A stretch of 63,418 bases of DNA, the filler included, from Choristocarpus tenellus KU-1152 (Eukaryota; Protista; Phaeophyceae), in the NCBI GenBank assembly GCA_964200185.2. It is 7 parts of 7 records of this genome, joined end to end, with 100 filler letters (N's around TTAATTAATTAA, not from the genome) between each part and the next. Parts side by side here need not be neighbours in the genome. Positions count along the whole stretch, not along the records: positions 1 to 14,861 come from CAXNAD020001102.1; 6 more parts are not named here. One strand, 5' to 3'. The position numbers and the translations under genes were made by a program. Of this stretch, positions 1 to 13,333 are shown in pieces. Positions within the stretch are counted from its first letter, which is position 1. Every line of letters begins with the position of its first letter. The notes beneath the pieces were generated by a model. The model searched no databases. It was not told where the DNA came from and was given only the letters and a program-made list of their open reading frames with translations.

Positions 1-207
1 CCCAAGTCGCTAACAAAACCTACCAATCTTGCACTATTCACAGCCGGTGCAATTCGGGGTCATATGTTATGCCCTAAGTCAAATAGTGTCCTGTGTCATC
101 TGTATACACACACCAGCAATGGGTCAAGATGAGGGTGGATTGAGCTTTGTTGTTGACATCCATGTAATGATCTCCCCCATACTCTAAACGTTTTGTTTTC
201 TTTCCTC

Positions 208-428
208 TGTGTGTTATGTGTGTGTTATGTGTGTGTTATGTGTGTGGTGTAGGTCTATGACATACTTTGGTGTGTACGAGTGCCTCAAGAGAGTCCTTGC
301 TGCAGAAGATGGGACCATATCTGCGCCTGCTATACTTACTTCCGGAGGGGTTGCCGGTAAGATGTTTGCTTGTCGTGTGTGTGTGTGTGTGTGTGTGTGT
401 ACAACTAATGTGTGTGTGTGTGTGTGTG
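208..428. repeat. Intronic microsatellites: (TGTGTTA)-like run and (GT)n runs flanking the first carrier exon
   Basis: Seen directly at 208-247 and 375-428. Confidence 0.85.
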
Positions 429-3400
429 ATTTGACTCGGGTATGCTACTGTTCTACATGATGAGAGGAGGATGGAAGCAATGGTGTAGAAGTAGAGGAGG
501 TTTTTAGTGATGAAGCCTTCGAGTTGATTTTGTCTCCACATGCAAATGAAGAACTCACATACACCTTGGTGGTCTTGTCCACTTCCTCCTCTATTTTCTT
601 CTTCTTCTTGAGTGGAACAGTAAGACCGTCTCTATCCATATATCTATTTTTGGTAAAAAAAAAAACTTTACTCATTTTTTTCATTCGATGTGTGAACGCA
701 TGTATCCTCTCTCCCGCCAGGGTGCCTTCTTTGCCTTCTTTTTTTTGTCTTTGAAATTCAATATATTTTTTTTAGTGCTATTTATTTGTTTATGCAAAGA
801 AAGGGTTTGAGTGGGGGGTTGGGGAGGTTGGAAGCAGGGTTCTATGCAGGGATTCAGTATAGTAGTGGCAGTACGGTACAAATTGAAAAAAAAAAAGAGT
901 GTCTGCTGATGGTATATGTGGAATTGCTTATACCGTGTGGGGGTAAATGTGCAGCGTCATACCACTCCATCAACCGCTGATTTCCTATTCGATAGAAGGT
1001 TCTTCCGGTTCTCAACCCTCTTTGGGAAGGCTTTTCACCCCCCCTCCCTCTCTCCCCCCATCTAAATACACACTATTTTTGTGTTAAATTATGCTTCTCA
1101 CCATCCCCCACCACACACACTCATGTGCATCTATTCTGCAAGGGATGGCAACGTGGACCTTGGCTATACCTCCCGATGTGATTAAGTCCCGGTGGCAGAC
1201 TGCCCCTGAAGGTACTTACACTGGCCTACGTCATGTACTCAGGTGAGACACCAAACTGCTGAAGTAAATCTTATTCTGTTCAGCATCAATTCAGACATTC
1301 TACTTGGCTGGCTATATAAGTATTATTTTATAAGTACACGGGATGGGGTGGCAGTCCAATTATTATTTGATGTGAGGGAGAGTCTTGGAAAAATGCATTA
1401 TGAGGTATACCCTAAATTTCGGGAAAATACTACTCAGTCTTACCTCTATTATACTACGCCTATTGCTGTTGGGTAGCTGTGAGGAAAGCCTTCCCAATGT
1501 GGTAACAAAACTGCCCCACAGAAGTCGTTTGAAGAGATGCTGAAGAGAGGAAGTGCAGTGTTGTCTTAAAACATCATTTATTATATTTCGTAGTTACTGT
1601 AGGTGGTGCAAGTATTTGTTTAGTTGTTTTAAATTTGATTCCGGGTATAGCTGTGGAATTCAATTCCCCTCAGATCATTTGGACATATTGGTAGTTTATA
1701 CAGTGAGTGTCCAGACTCCTCTTGGGTATACAATAATAATAATAATATTTTGATATTTTCCTGTGTTGATGAAGGACATGACGCCTGGAAGACCTTGTAA
1801 GGGAGCAGCAGCATAGTGTTTGCATCAATAAACAATGGAAAATTATTGCATGTACTGTTTTAAGTTTTTTCTTTATCACTTCCTACACATTTTGAGTTGT
1901 TACATTTTTTTTTTTTTAAACGGGAAAGAAGAGAATGCAGCAACAAAAGTGTGTGGAGAAGTCACGAAATAATATTCCAATTGTTACGTGTTTGTTTAAA
2001 TCGGTCAGTAGATATTTCGAAGATAATGAAAAAGAAAAATGAATGAAGCAAAAACATGCATCAAATGTTAACACAGTTGACACACCTCCTGCTGTGAGCA
2101 CAGTAATCTGAGGGCATTGAAGTTAATGCACTTTTAAATAACAATAAGAATAGGAGTACTAATAATAAATATAATAATGACAAGACATAGTAGGGATGAA
2201 AATAGATTTTTCAATGGTGGAGATAGTGGTATAATAATTAATAATATTAACAATAAATTTCCGATGACGTTATGATGGACTATACCCTATACTGTCAGTA
2301 GTAGACCTGCTCTGTGCATTAAAGGTATACCATGTACCGTCATACTGACTTTCCCACCTCCCACTGTGCAGGTCCGTGACATTCTCCTATTTCTCGTTGA
2401 AATCAACACACAACCTACAAATGGACTGCACTAAATTCCCTGAGTGACAGTATTTGACAGAAGAATGGAACCCCAGGAAGGAGAATAGTATTTCGAGCTA
2501 TTGGTGTCTATTACTTTCTATTGCTGTCTGCCAGCACTCTCCGATCATGATAGTTGTATTTCCTTTACCTTGGCCTGTAGACTATACTAAGCTCTCCTAA
2601 GGGGTGCTATATACCAAAAATCCTTCAGTTAACCCTCACTAGATCACTCACATTCCTTTGCAATTCTAAAAAACAATTTAACCTCTCTACTCACTCCTTC
2701 TTAGTCACGTGAAAACATATATTTTCTCTTCCCTACAGCTCACTCCCCTGTACTCTTGACTCTTCACCTCACCACCACCTATTGTCCTGCCTTTCCCAAC
2801 TCCTGCGCAGGAGCCCCCTCATGCCTTTCCCTTATTTATTAAACCCTAATCTCAACCCGTTGTCTTCACACCCACAACGCCCTCCCACTATTCCCTCCAT
2901 TATATGTAAGGCGCTTTCCTGACACAATATATACATGTATCTATATACATGGACCCATTGAGTGACCAGCAAACCTCTTGTAGGAATATGACTTGTATTG
3001 TACTAGAAAAAAGTTGAACAATCTAACCTTGAAAGTGATGCAAGCACCACCCTCAAAAACATTCACCATGTAAAGAAATGTATCATCACACATACACATA
3101 CACATACACACACTATGAAGCGTGATACTTCACACATCTACTTTGGAGTGTGCTATTCTGCTCTTGATTGTGATATCAAGCCTAATCGGATACCCAGAAG
3201 AATCTAATCTATAATCATATAACCCTAACCCCAATGAAATGTATTTCCCTTATCGATCTTTATCCAACCTAGCCCAATCTAATCTATTATAATCTAGTCC
3301 CATTCTCGTAGAACTTAACCTGAGTTAACCTGACCTAACCTAGTACGATCTAATCCATGCAACACTACAACCACTCTTGGTCATGAACAAAAACGCCAAA

Positions 3401-3543
3401 ACAGCACGCTCTTGAAGGAGGAAGGAGCCTCTGCCCTTTACAAGGGCACAGCCCCGGCCATGCTCCGAGCTTTCCCAGCCAATGCAGCATGCTTTTTGGG
3501 GGTGGATGTGGCGAAGAAGTTCTTAGAGACAACGGGGCTCTGA
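253..3543 (+). CDS. Mitochondrial carrier (SLC25) protein, carnitine/acylcarnitine translocase-like; last three exons, 5' part outside the window
   Basis: Exons 253-356, 1143-1242 and 3405-3543 (TGA) have GT-AG boundaries and matching phases (1, 2). Spliced protein: [13 protein letters not shown]...[70 protein letters not shown]. It contains the PxDxxKxR carrier signature and the RAFPANAA motif typical of CACT/SLC25A20-type carriers. Confidence 0.92.
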
Positions 3544-5469
3544 AGATACCACAAAGGGGCTCCTTCCTTTGACAGGGGCAATTCTTTCATCCCGTGTTCA
3601 TAAAACACAACATTTTTCTACTTTGATTCTCCTACTGAACTACGTACATGTCTCTTAGAGCCGTTGTCTGAGCTTCTGACCTCCAAGATAGGGAGGGTGT
3701 TTTTTGTATGGAATATGATCACTACTGCTTTTGGTTTTTTGTCCCGCAGTTATTTTGAGTATGGTACTATCCGTAGTTTGTACTATCCATAGTTGGCGAA
3801 ATCTGCTATTATGTTGCATGACCATTTTCCTGTGGGCTTGAAATGGATAGGGTGAGCGCCAATTCTTTCCTGGATCTCCCAACGATGGAACCATTCCGAG
3901 CCGAGATTCGTATCTTTCCCCTGCCCTACTAACTTGAACTTTGGAAGCATTCCGTAAGCTGTTATTTCCATAAAATGTGCTGTGAAGTGTGTTGTACTTA
4001 ATTGGTGAGAGCATAACCACGACTCCCGTAAGATATCTCTCCTGATAACATTCCTTTGAACAGGCATATTGTTTTAGTGCCAGGAATCATTCAGGTCTAG
4101 AGGATCTCAGTTGCAGTAAATTCGGTTTGACTCACGTCAACAACCTTCAATCCAAGTTTTTCGGTGACGATACCCACGGTGGTGTTTACTCTTTGATTTT
4201 TGACTGATTCGGAGCCTAGTCCATGGTCAACTCATAGACCTTCAAACCCATCGTACTTAGTTGAATACCTGTAGACCCATGAATCTTTTCCAAGGGTTAT
4301 TTCCTTGGTATTGATTTTTCAGAATGATTGTTGAGTAGTACAATGGTGGGAAATAGAGGAAGAGAAGACCATCATCTCGTCGTGCATTGAGGGCAGCTTT
4401 GACACCTGGAGATCAAACGGTGGGTGATGAAGATGAAGTGTAAGGGTATGACCTACTCGGCTACACCGTTCGTGACCCCTGTGGTGTGGATGGGTCGCAC
4501 GCCTCCATTGATAATGCTGCTGCGCATCCTGCTTGGATGGGGGGTATCTTTCTCGGGCGATTTTGTTCCCCACAGCTCACAATGCATCCGTTTTTTGTGC
4601 TCGTCAATGTCATTGTAGTGCTCAAGCTTGGATTGTCTTTTGCTTAAAGGTTAATGTTTTCTTGCTGGATGGATCCCTTGCAGTAACCCTTTTCCCGGGG
4701 AAGGCCTGGTTGATGGTATCATGTTGGAGTAGTAGTGCCTGCTATACACAACCAGTAACACAAACAGGAGGAGCAGTCTTGGAATAGACATTTCTATGCC
4801 GTTGTTGTGCCTTGATGTATTTTTACATGTGTTCCTTGTTTTCTTCTTTCCTGGACTCTTTGTTGATTTTCCTGCATATACGAATGTGTAGTCTCTATTT
4901 TGCTATAGTACATTATTCGTTGTCTTGTTCTGCCATTCTAATCTTGAATCCGTTTGAACCATCGAGCCTTGAAAATATGAGAATACACCGAAGTAGATTA
5001 CCGGAAATGTACATGAGGTAGCACGACTGTGTATGTACTTACCTTTGCCTAAGCATCATCACAGGCAGGCCCATCAAAAGCATTGTCCTTCTTGTAAGGT
5101 ACGTGGTGCTGGCGATGTTGTTTAGCCTTTCGAATATACTGTATCCTTGTTCACTCATTATTATCTCATATTGTTGAATGTTGCTTGGTATCCTACCCGC
5201 TAATGCTTGTCCCAAGTTCCAGGTCAAGACACACCATCAGTTTTCTACATCATTCCTATCATGCATTATATGCAGTATTGTTTAAATCTATCATGGCATC
5301 TATTCCAAATGACATTACCATAGTCCAGTCCATCAATCTATACATTCTCTTCCATCTACTCCAAACACACCGCAACTCAATATCACAAAGCAAGTCAAGA
5401 CAAGAAACTCCAATGTGGTTGTGCACAAGGATCAGTCTCTCAACCACTGCACAGAGCCACAATGGTTAG

Positions 5470-8250
5470 TCCTACAATATGCATGTTATTCACACTATGC
5501 CATCAATTGTTACATGCACTCCTTCCTATATATCTAGTTCCATAGCACTCCTCATAACACCCTTTCTAGAATCTTTCATATAGTCCTCTATACACTTATA
5601 ATGCTACAACAAAACCTCATTAATAGAATGTCCAAAACTGTCAAACGCACGTTTCTATACATGTAGTAGCATAGCCAACATGAAATTCACACCTTGTTAC
5701 CACATACCAACTATCTCACATGCTAACACACTCCACTCTCTATGTATGGTCCTGCAACAAACATTATATTCACAACCTATCATCAAATACTTCATTCACC
5801 TCACATATGGTCCTACAGCAACACAATACTCACACCCTGTTCAGAAATACTTCATACACTCCCCTCCAAATGTGGTGCCAAAACAAAACATCATTCACAC
5901 TATATCCAAATATGTTTCATACACTCCACTCTACATGTACTAGAACAACAAACGTGATATTCACACCCTGTAACAAAATACTCTTTCATGCAACTTGACT
6001 CTATGTCTAGTCCTACAACAAACACAGTATTCACACCCTATCATCAAATACTTAACACAATACTTCCTAAATGCAGTGCTGCACAAAAACGATGTTCACG
6101 CCCTAACGAAATATGTTTGATACACTCCCCTACAAACATATATGCCACAACAAACCTCGTTTATGCTATGTCCAAAAGTGTCACATAGCCTCCTCTGCAC
6201 ATGTAGTGGCATCACAAAAGTGATATCCACACCCTATAACTATATGCGGAGTACTTGATACAATCCACTCCATGTATGGGCCTAAAATAAAAACGTTTTC
6301 ACAACTTACCAAGAAAATATTTCATACACTCCCCTCTGCGTACATTGCTACAACAAGACAATATTCACACACTATACAAAATTGTCTCATGATCTCCTCT
6401 GCACACAGCTATTGCCACACCAAAACCTCATCCACACTATATCCTAGAACATATTTTACACACTCCACTCTACATGTAGTGCCATAGAAAGCATGACATC
6501 TACACCCTGATACCAAATACCTCATACACTCCTCTCTATGTATGTTCCTCTAATATGCAATATACCATCTTCTTGTAATCAAATATTTCATTCATTCCTC
6601 CTACATGCCGTGTTGTAATAAACATTATATTTACGCCCTATCCAAAATTGTTTTATTCGGTCTACACTTGTCATGCCAAAACAACACCTCGTTCATGCTA
6701 TGTCCAAAAATGTAATGTAGGCTCTATTCTATATATATTGCCACAACAAAAGTGATATCCACACCCTATAACTATCTGCGGAGTATTTGATACACTCCAC
6801 TCTATACATCAAACACACCATTCACACCAAATCAGCATATATAACATACACCCCTCCCTGTATCTAGTTCCATTGCACATTTCTCATCAACACAATAGTA
6901 ATGTTTCATACACCTCTCAACACATGCAGTGCCAAAACGAAGCCTCATTCACACTATGTCCAAAAGTGTCACATGCATCCTTTTGCACATGTAGTGCTAT
7001 CACAAAAGTGATATTCACACCCTATAACTATATGTAGAGTACTTGATACACTCCACTCTATGTATGGCCCTAACACAAAACGTTATTCAAATCCAATAAA
7101 AAATACTGCATACACTCCCCCCTGCATACATTGCTACAACAAAACAATATTCACACACTATACAAAATTGTCTCATTGTCTCCTCAGCACACAGCTATTG
7201 CCACAACAAAACCTCATCCACACTATATCCTAAAATATGCTTTACACACTCCACTCTACATGTAGTGCCATAGAAAGCATGACATCTACGCTCTGATACC
7301 AAATACCTCATACACTCCTCTCTATGTATGTTCCTCCAATATACATGATTCATTCTCCTCGTCATCAATACTCCATACACTCCTCCTTACATGCAGTGCT
7401 ACAACAAACATGATATTCACACCCTATCCAAAATTGTTCGGTCTACACTTGTGATGCCACAACAACACCTCGTTCGTGCTATGTCCAAAAATGTAACATG
7501 CACTCTTTTCTACATGTAATGCCATAACAAGGATGATATCCACACCTTGGAGCCATATCCTGAGTACTTGATACGCTGTAATCTATGCATAGTCGTATAT
7601 CAAACATGATATACACTCCACATCACAAAACACTCCCTACGTTCCATTCATATGGTCCCTACAACGAACACATTACTCATCAAATACTTTGCGCACTCCT
7701 CCCTATACACAGTACTACAACAAACATGATATTGACACCCTTTCCAAGAACGTTCCATATGGTCCTCAATACACATCCAATGCACAAGACCTCATGCACA
7801 CCCTATCCAAGAGTGGTACATACACTCCTCTGCACACGTAGTGCCTATGTTGTTCACACCCTGTTACTGAATACTTCACACACTCCACTCTCTGTATGGT
7901 CCTAAGAACAAATTTGCTATTCACACCCTGTCATCAAATATCGTGTGCACTCCTCTTTATATGCAGTGCTACTAAATCACAATATTCACACCCTATCCAA
8001 AAATGTTTTGTACAGTCCTCTACACACGTAGTTCCACAACCGAACCTCAAACTATACTATACTCAAAACGTTTTGTACACTCCTCTGTGCATGTAATGCC
8101 ATAACAAGCATGATGTTCACACACAACAATCAATTACACAGTAGTTTATACACTCCTTTCTATGTAGTCCTATAACAAGTTATTCACAACTTCACCAAAT
8201 ATTAGATACCCTCCTCCCTGCATCTAGTTCCACGGCAAATTGCTCTACCA
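5470..8250. repeat. Degenerate satellite with ~60-65 bp monomers and a ~790-bp higher-order duplication
   Basis: Recurrent monomer cacactccNctctatgtatggtcctacaacaaacatgatattcacaccctat. Block ~6167-6790 is repeated at ~6955-7580 with high identity. Confidence 0.85.
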
Positions 8251-8399
8251 GACCCTTTGTCTACATGGTATATATATAATTATTTTTCCACCCAGCCCAC
8301 TCTTGGTGATAGTGTGAACATATCACGTTTAGAGTGAAAGAAGAATAACCTCTCTCTGAAGCACACACGACTACTTCCCCAGATTTATTACGACCATAC

Positions 8400-8632
8400 A
8401 ACACCTTCCTCCTCCGTTACTCCTTCACACTGCAGGAGAACCTTTCCACAATTACTCTGGACAACCCCCCTTCATCCTTGAGACTGACAGGAGTGTTGGC
8501 TCTCATTCCAGGCAAGTTGTAGTCACAATGACCTCATACATAGTGCTTCGCCTGCCCCCAGATCATCTCTATTGGGTTCAATTCACAGTTGTACATTGGA
8601 AACATCAAGCAGTGTGCTATGAGTGGGCTAAA
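8400..8632 (-). pseudogene. Tc1/IS630-like (DDE_3-type) transposase relic
   Basis: Minus strand reads FPMYNCELNPIEMIWGQAKHYV, matching the LPxYxxELNPIExxWxxxK motif around the catalytic E. Stops flank it. Confidence 0.7.
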
Positions 8633-9015
8633 CAGTATTAGGCACAGGTTCGCCCACGTAGCGTTTTGGTGTTTACCAATCTTGATTTTTTTTTGGAAAG
8701 GTTGGCCAACGATTTTATCGAGGAACAGCATATCTAATGAAAGCTCTGGATCGAAAATATCACTGGCCCAAAAGAACGTTTTCGGAAAAATATGTTTGGT
8801 CGTGATAATTGATTCTGGAAGATTTACAAGGTTGTGCCGAAACCATTCACCTAAAATTTAAACTTACAAAAAACATTTCCGAAAAAAAGCCTTTGCACCA
8901 GTGATAGCTTAGATTCAGAGCTTTCATTTGATATGCTCATCGTCGTTTAACTCGTTGGCCAACCCTCAAAAAAAAATCAAGATTGGTCTCATCCTAGACG
9001 CGACTGCCAACACTG
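8633..9015. mobile_element. Non-autonomous element with long imperfect TIRs (MITE/foldback), abutting the Tc1 relic
   Basis: About 8675-8798 (accaatcttgattttttttggaaaggttggccaacga...aaagctctggatc...) is the inverted repeat of about 8867-8987. Outer ends are cagtattaggca / tgccaacactg. No clean TSD. Confidence 0.75.
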
Positions 9016-9648
9016 TATGAGATCATCAAACCTTTGAGTGTTGTTGTCCCGAGGGTCTTACCGTGGCCACATGCTTTTCACTATTGTTTCGAACTTGAAG
9101 TGGAAAATTTCATCACATTTGAAAATGAAAAACACTACTAGCAGGACACAAATGATAGATAAGACTTTCCCATAGTGAATTTCGTTTTGTCCAAACACTC
9201 TAGTTGTTTGAGGCGCAGGGTCCAATCAGTCGTGGGGGGTGTTCAGAATCACCAGTTGTGTCATGGTGGGGTGCTACCCAGCAAACCCAAAGCTCTCTCA
9301 GCCATCAAATCTTAGGAGAAGTTTTAAGAGAATCCCAGATCCACCGGATGACGTCACATCTTGGTGATCGTCACTGGTAAGAAGTCTGAGAATTCTCAAG
9401 AGTTCTTTGTGTTTGATGTTGTTGGGAACGTCACCAATGACAAAGAAATGTGCGCGCGATGCACTTGTGTGTGCGCGCGGATGTGTATTTGGACTGAGAT
9501 CAGCTCCCAAAGGGACCTGTCCGTCACATAGTCATTAATAGAAAGTACATTATTAGAGAAGAACCTAAAGGTGATATATCCATGGAAAAGGTGGAAATCT
9601 TTGTGACTCTTCCAGTAGTATACTCAATACATTCATATTCCTCTCTTT

Positions 9649-9915
9649 GAGTGAATTATCTTAGACTTAGAGGGTACGAATTTTCCACTGTTTGTCCATT
9701 TGGGACTTAACTTCCCAGGGGTTTTTTTGACATTTTCCTACTCCGAAATGTTTCAATGTAGAGTAGGAGAAACATGTACGTTGTGAAAAAGTGTGTTCGG
9801 AACAAAGATATTGGTACTTCCTAACAAACACAATAGCCAAATTTACATCAAAATCGCAACATTGGATTTTGGCCCCCAAACGGGCGCGGCTCTACCCTCT
9901 AAGATACTTTGACTC
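9649..9915. mobile_element. MITE family A, copy 1
   Basis: TIR ...tatcttag(acttag)agggtac / taccctctaagatactttgactc. The internal sequence is homologous to copies at 14962, 20121, 50170 and 61962. Confidence 0.85.
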
Positions 9916-10251
9916 CTTTCCAATCACTACGTCTTTACAACATTGCAGATCTTGCCTGCTACTACTATGTTTTGTAACTAAATCTCATTCAAATGACACT
10001 TTATATCCTTTTGAAAATATTACACGCCTAAAATAAACTAATATACATATATATCAAACCTCAAATGGAAAAACATAAATAGCATGCTAATATAATTACA
10101 CAGTGGATGTGATACACAAATAATATAAACTAACCAAAACATTTCTGTTACAATCTACATTATTATTCATATTTTAAACCAATCGATATACAACGATATA
10201 TATATGAACGCAACATTGATAGACCAACAGAAAAGAACCTAATGTTTCAAA

Positions 10252-10432
10252 GACCCAAAGTATCTGTGGGGGGCGGGGGGGGTCGACATTAGGGTGTCCA
10301 TTTGGGTCAAAATCAAGAAAGGTGAATTTATATATTATGATTCAGGTGTATGCAACCAAATCACCCAAAAATCGCGACATGAAAAAATTGATCCCAAATG
10401 GACAGCCGCCACCCCCCCAGATACTTTGAGCC
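10252..10432. mobile_element. MITE family B, copy 1 (181 bp, TSD AAA)
   Basis: TIR gacccaaagtatctg..gggg / ccccccagatactttgagcc, with aaa on both sides. Confidence 0.88.
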
Positions 10433-11169
10433 AAATTCAAAACAGACATCTGTAGCATGAAGGGTCATAGACTCATCAAGGAGGTGTGTCTATCTACTCA
10501 AGTCACATATCAAATGATCAAGTCCATTCCAATTCACACACTACCAACACATGATACCACCCTCAGTACCAAAGACAATATCCTAGGTCAGACCCCATTC
10601 AGATGGATGGGCCAGATGGAACCCTGAGCCCCTCAAGTTTTCTCATAGGACCTTGGCAATGTTGGCAGCATCAGTGACACCTTTCCCCCAGCTATTGGGT
10701 GCTAATGAGTAGTGTGTCGGCCTTGACCTCACAGCCCCATCAGAGGTACAAGGAGTATTTTGATATTTTTTAATTCCGTATTCGAGAGAGATACTATTTG
10801 TTTCTTAGACCATTTTATTGTTTTGCTTCTCCTCTGACTACTCTTTGATGATGGGTTCAATATACCCTCTCAACATGGTGATAGATGCACCCTACAATCG
10901 CCTACGATGTTCAACTCACGGCAATTCTACATACAACACACTCTGGAGGCCTGATCCCACACAAACATCAAAGCACAAACTTATGCAACCATCAATGCAC
11001 ACAAGACAAAAAGTATTGTACTACCCCTACCTAGGTAACATCATATATTCTCCAGACACCAATGTAAACCACTGATGTTTCAAGAAAAACACTTTCTGGC
11101 AACAAGTTAAGATATATGTGATTTCCGAAAACACTGGGAGTAAACACATAGTCTTGCAGTCCTGCGGTT

Positions 11170-13333
11170 CTAATAATTGTCCACATTCCATCGAATGAGA
11201 AGCTCAGGCGAGAGCCATGAGCGCATGATCTCATCCATTTTTGAAAGGGTTTCAGGGCGAAGCTCATCAGTGAAAGGGGTCTGGACGTGCTGGTCCTCTG
11301 ACTTCCCCCCTACGTGCAAATCAAAGATCTGCTGAGGAGCATCAATGCAGTCCTTGACGACAACTTTCGGCAAGTTCATACCAAAGAACCCTATGACTTT
11401 GCGGAAGAATGTTGATTTATCAGAGAGCACATCCTCATAGAACAAAAGTAGCGATTCTGATCGAAGAACTGTCCCAAACAGTATATTCCTGACTATTGTC
11501 CTTTGGCAGTAGTTGGATAGCCGACTGATAACATATGAATCTATCTGGACTTGTGGATCTACCTTGTTGTGATTTTTTTCCATGAAGTACAGACTTGTTG
11601 CTGCTGCTCGAGGATCACGAATTATGGCCAACTGGGATCTCTCATCCACAATGCTGCAACCATCATTGCCAAGGGATTCATCCAAGCACGCCAAGAATTT
11701 TATTTTTTTCTCTGGTGTGGTCGCATCAGTAACATTAGGGCATGGATAGGTAAGAGGTTCCGGATTGGCCATAACAAACCGGAATCCGTAATTGATGGCG
11801 CAATCCAATCCAAGAGGGAGATCATGCTTACCAAATTCCACCACACGTATTTCAACCCTGTGTCAACGTCAAGCACGGGGTTACTAAGTCACACTTGAGA
11901 AAATAGGGAAAGAATTTGAGAAGTCGATATGTTGTGCTTACATGCGACTTCTTGAACCTGTAGAGTTGAGTCAACATGTGAGTTTGTAGCTTTGATGACA
12001 AGAAAACAATAGAGTTGTTGGACTAAACAGTTCACAATGGGTAGCGAGGAATCTGGGTAGGAGGAATCAACAATACAGGGACATAACACCGAACTATCAA
12101 ACTTGATTCGCTCCAAAATAATATAACATTAGAGTGAATGCGAGGTCTTTTCCTCTTGAAGAAGAGGGAACTTTACAATATTTCTACCCAGCATGTTCTT
12201 GTTGGGGCCTATAACACCACAACGTGTGCAGAATGTGTCTCTCTCGTTGCAAACCACGGTTCCACATGATAGTGAATAGTTCACCAAGAACATTTGTTGA
12301 AACACTAGTAAACCTCTGAGCTACCGAGCAGTCAGCTGATTATCAGCTCGGTAGCTCAGGGGTTTACTAGTGTTTCAAAATGTGCCAGAGTGATATTACG
12401 TCCGTCAATGCCTTGGGGTTTGTAGTGGTCACCTAAATATATTTTGGAACAGCAAAAAATCGAAAACTCCATTCGACCCAACTGAACATTACAACTTTCC
12501 TGAAACTAAAAAGAAAAACCACTAAGATTCTCAGATCCATAGTGGGAAATTGACCCAAAGTGGTCGCTACCTAGGACCTACTGAAGTGGAATACAGTTGG
12601 CAAGTAGGGGAATGGAATATTGTGAGGTGCTTTTTGATGGTGCATATTACTACCAGAAAGAAGGACTGCAACAGGAGAAATGTACAGATAGCAATGTCTA
12701 CACAAACACAATGGCAAGAAAGTGTGGGTCACAACACAAAGCAGTGTATATTTGTTCTGCATCTCCCTATATATCCTGCCCACATTTTCTCAATCTTCGA
12801 AGTTCATCAAGGTTCGACAGGTACAACTTGCTCATCCAAGAAGGTCATACGAACTTTAGGATTGTACAGTATAGTTGTCACTGCCTGCTTCTGTCACCAA
12901 GGTGAATACAGAGCTACAATATCTACGTCCGAGAGTCATGATTTGGATAGGTACATTGCATTTCTCATACCCCTTTTGGTAAATCATCTGACAATCACCC
13001 CATACTTCGTACATACCTCTTCACTGCAGAACAAGGGCAGGAAGCTTCTTTGCCATTACTCGGTACGAAGACCAATGTTGAGATACGAGCACCCTTCTCC
13101 ACATTTTCGAATGTGCAGCTATCAGTCCCGTAGATATCATTGAGGAAACCACATACAATCCTCAGGGTAGACCTGGAAGATGTGTAAAGAAAGCCCGTTC
13201 CACTCTTTGATTCACCCCGAATCTGAATACTCTTCTCAAGCACTCCATCATCAGATTCAGGAAAAATGTCTTCACATGGCCTGCATACCTCCTTGTAACC
13301 ACCCCATTCTTTTCCTGGTTTGGGGAAGCTTAT
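11170..13333 (-). CDS. Sulfotransferase (P-loop sulfotransferase family); two 3' exons, 5' exon(s) unresolved
   Basis: Exon 13333-13017 carries the 5'-PSB-like QIRGESKSGTGF. A phase-2 GT-AG intron joins it to exon 11857-11170 (TAG), which carries the 3'-PB motif IIRDPRAAATSLYF and LLLFYEDVLSD. The junction reads CSAVKR/VEIRVVEFGKH. Confidence 0.85.
12297..12378. other. Near-perfect 82-nt hairpin (33-bp stem) inside the sulfotransferase intron
   Basis: ttgaaacactagtaaacctctgagctaccgagc pairs with gctcggtagctcaggggtttactagtgtttcaa with one mismatch. Confidence 0.85.

Noticed and set aside
5470-8250. CRISPR-like periodicity and many short His/Thr-rich ORFs
   Set aside because: There is no invariant repeat with unique spacers, no cas genes, and the context is eukaryotic. 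The ORFs are by-products of satellite composition.
12550-13143. 197-aa plus-strand ORF
   Set aside because: It is antisense to the sulfotransferase exon/intron with no recognisable motif; at most a TE remnant.
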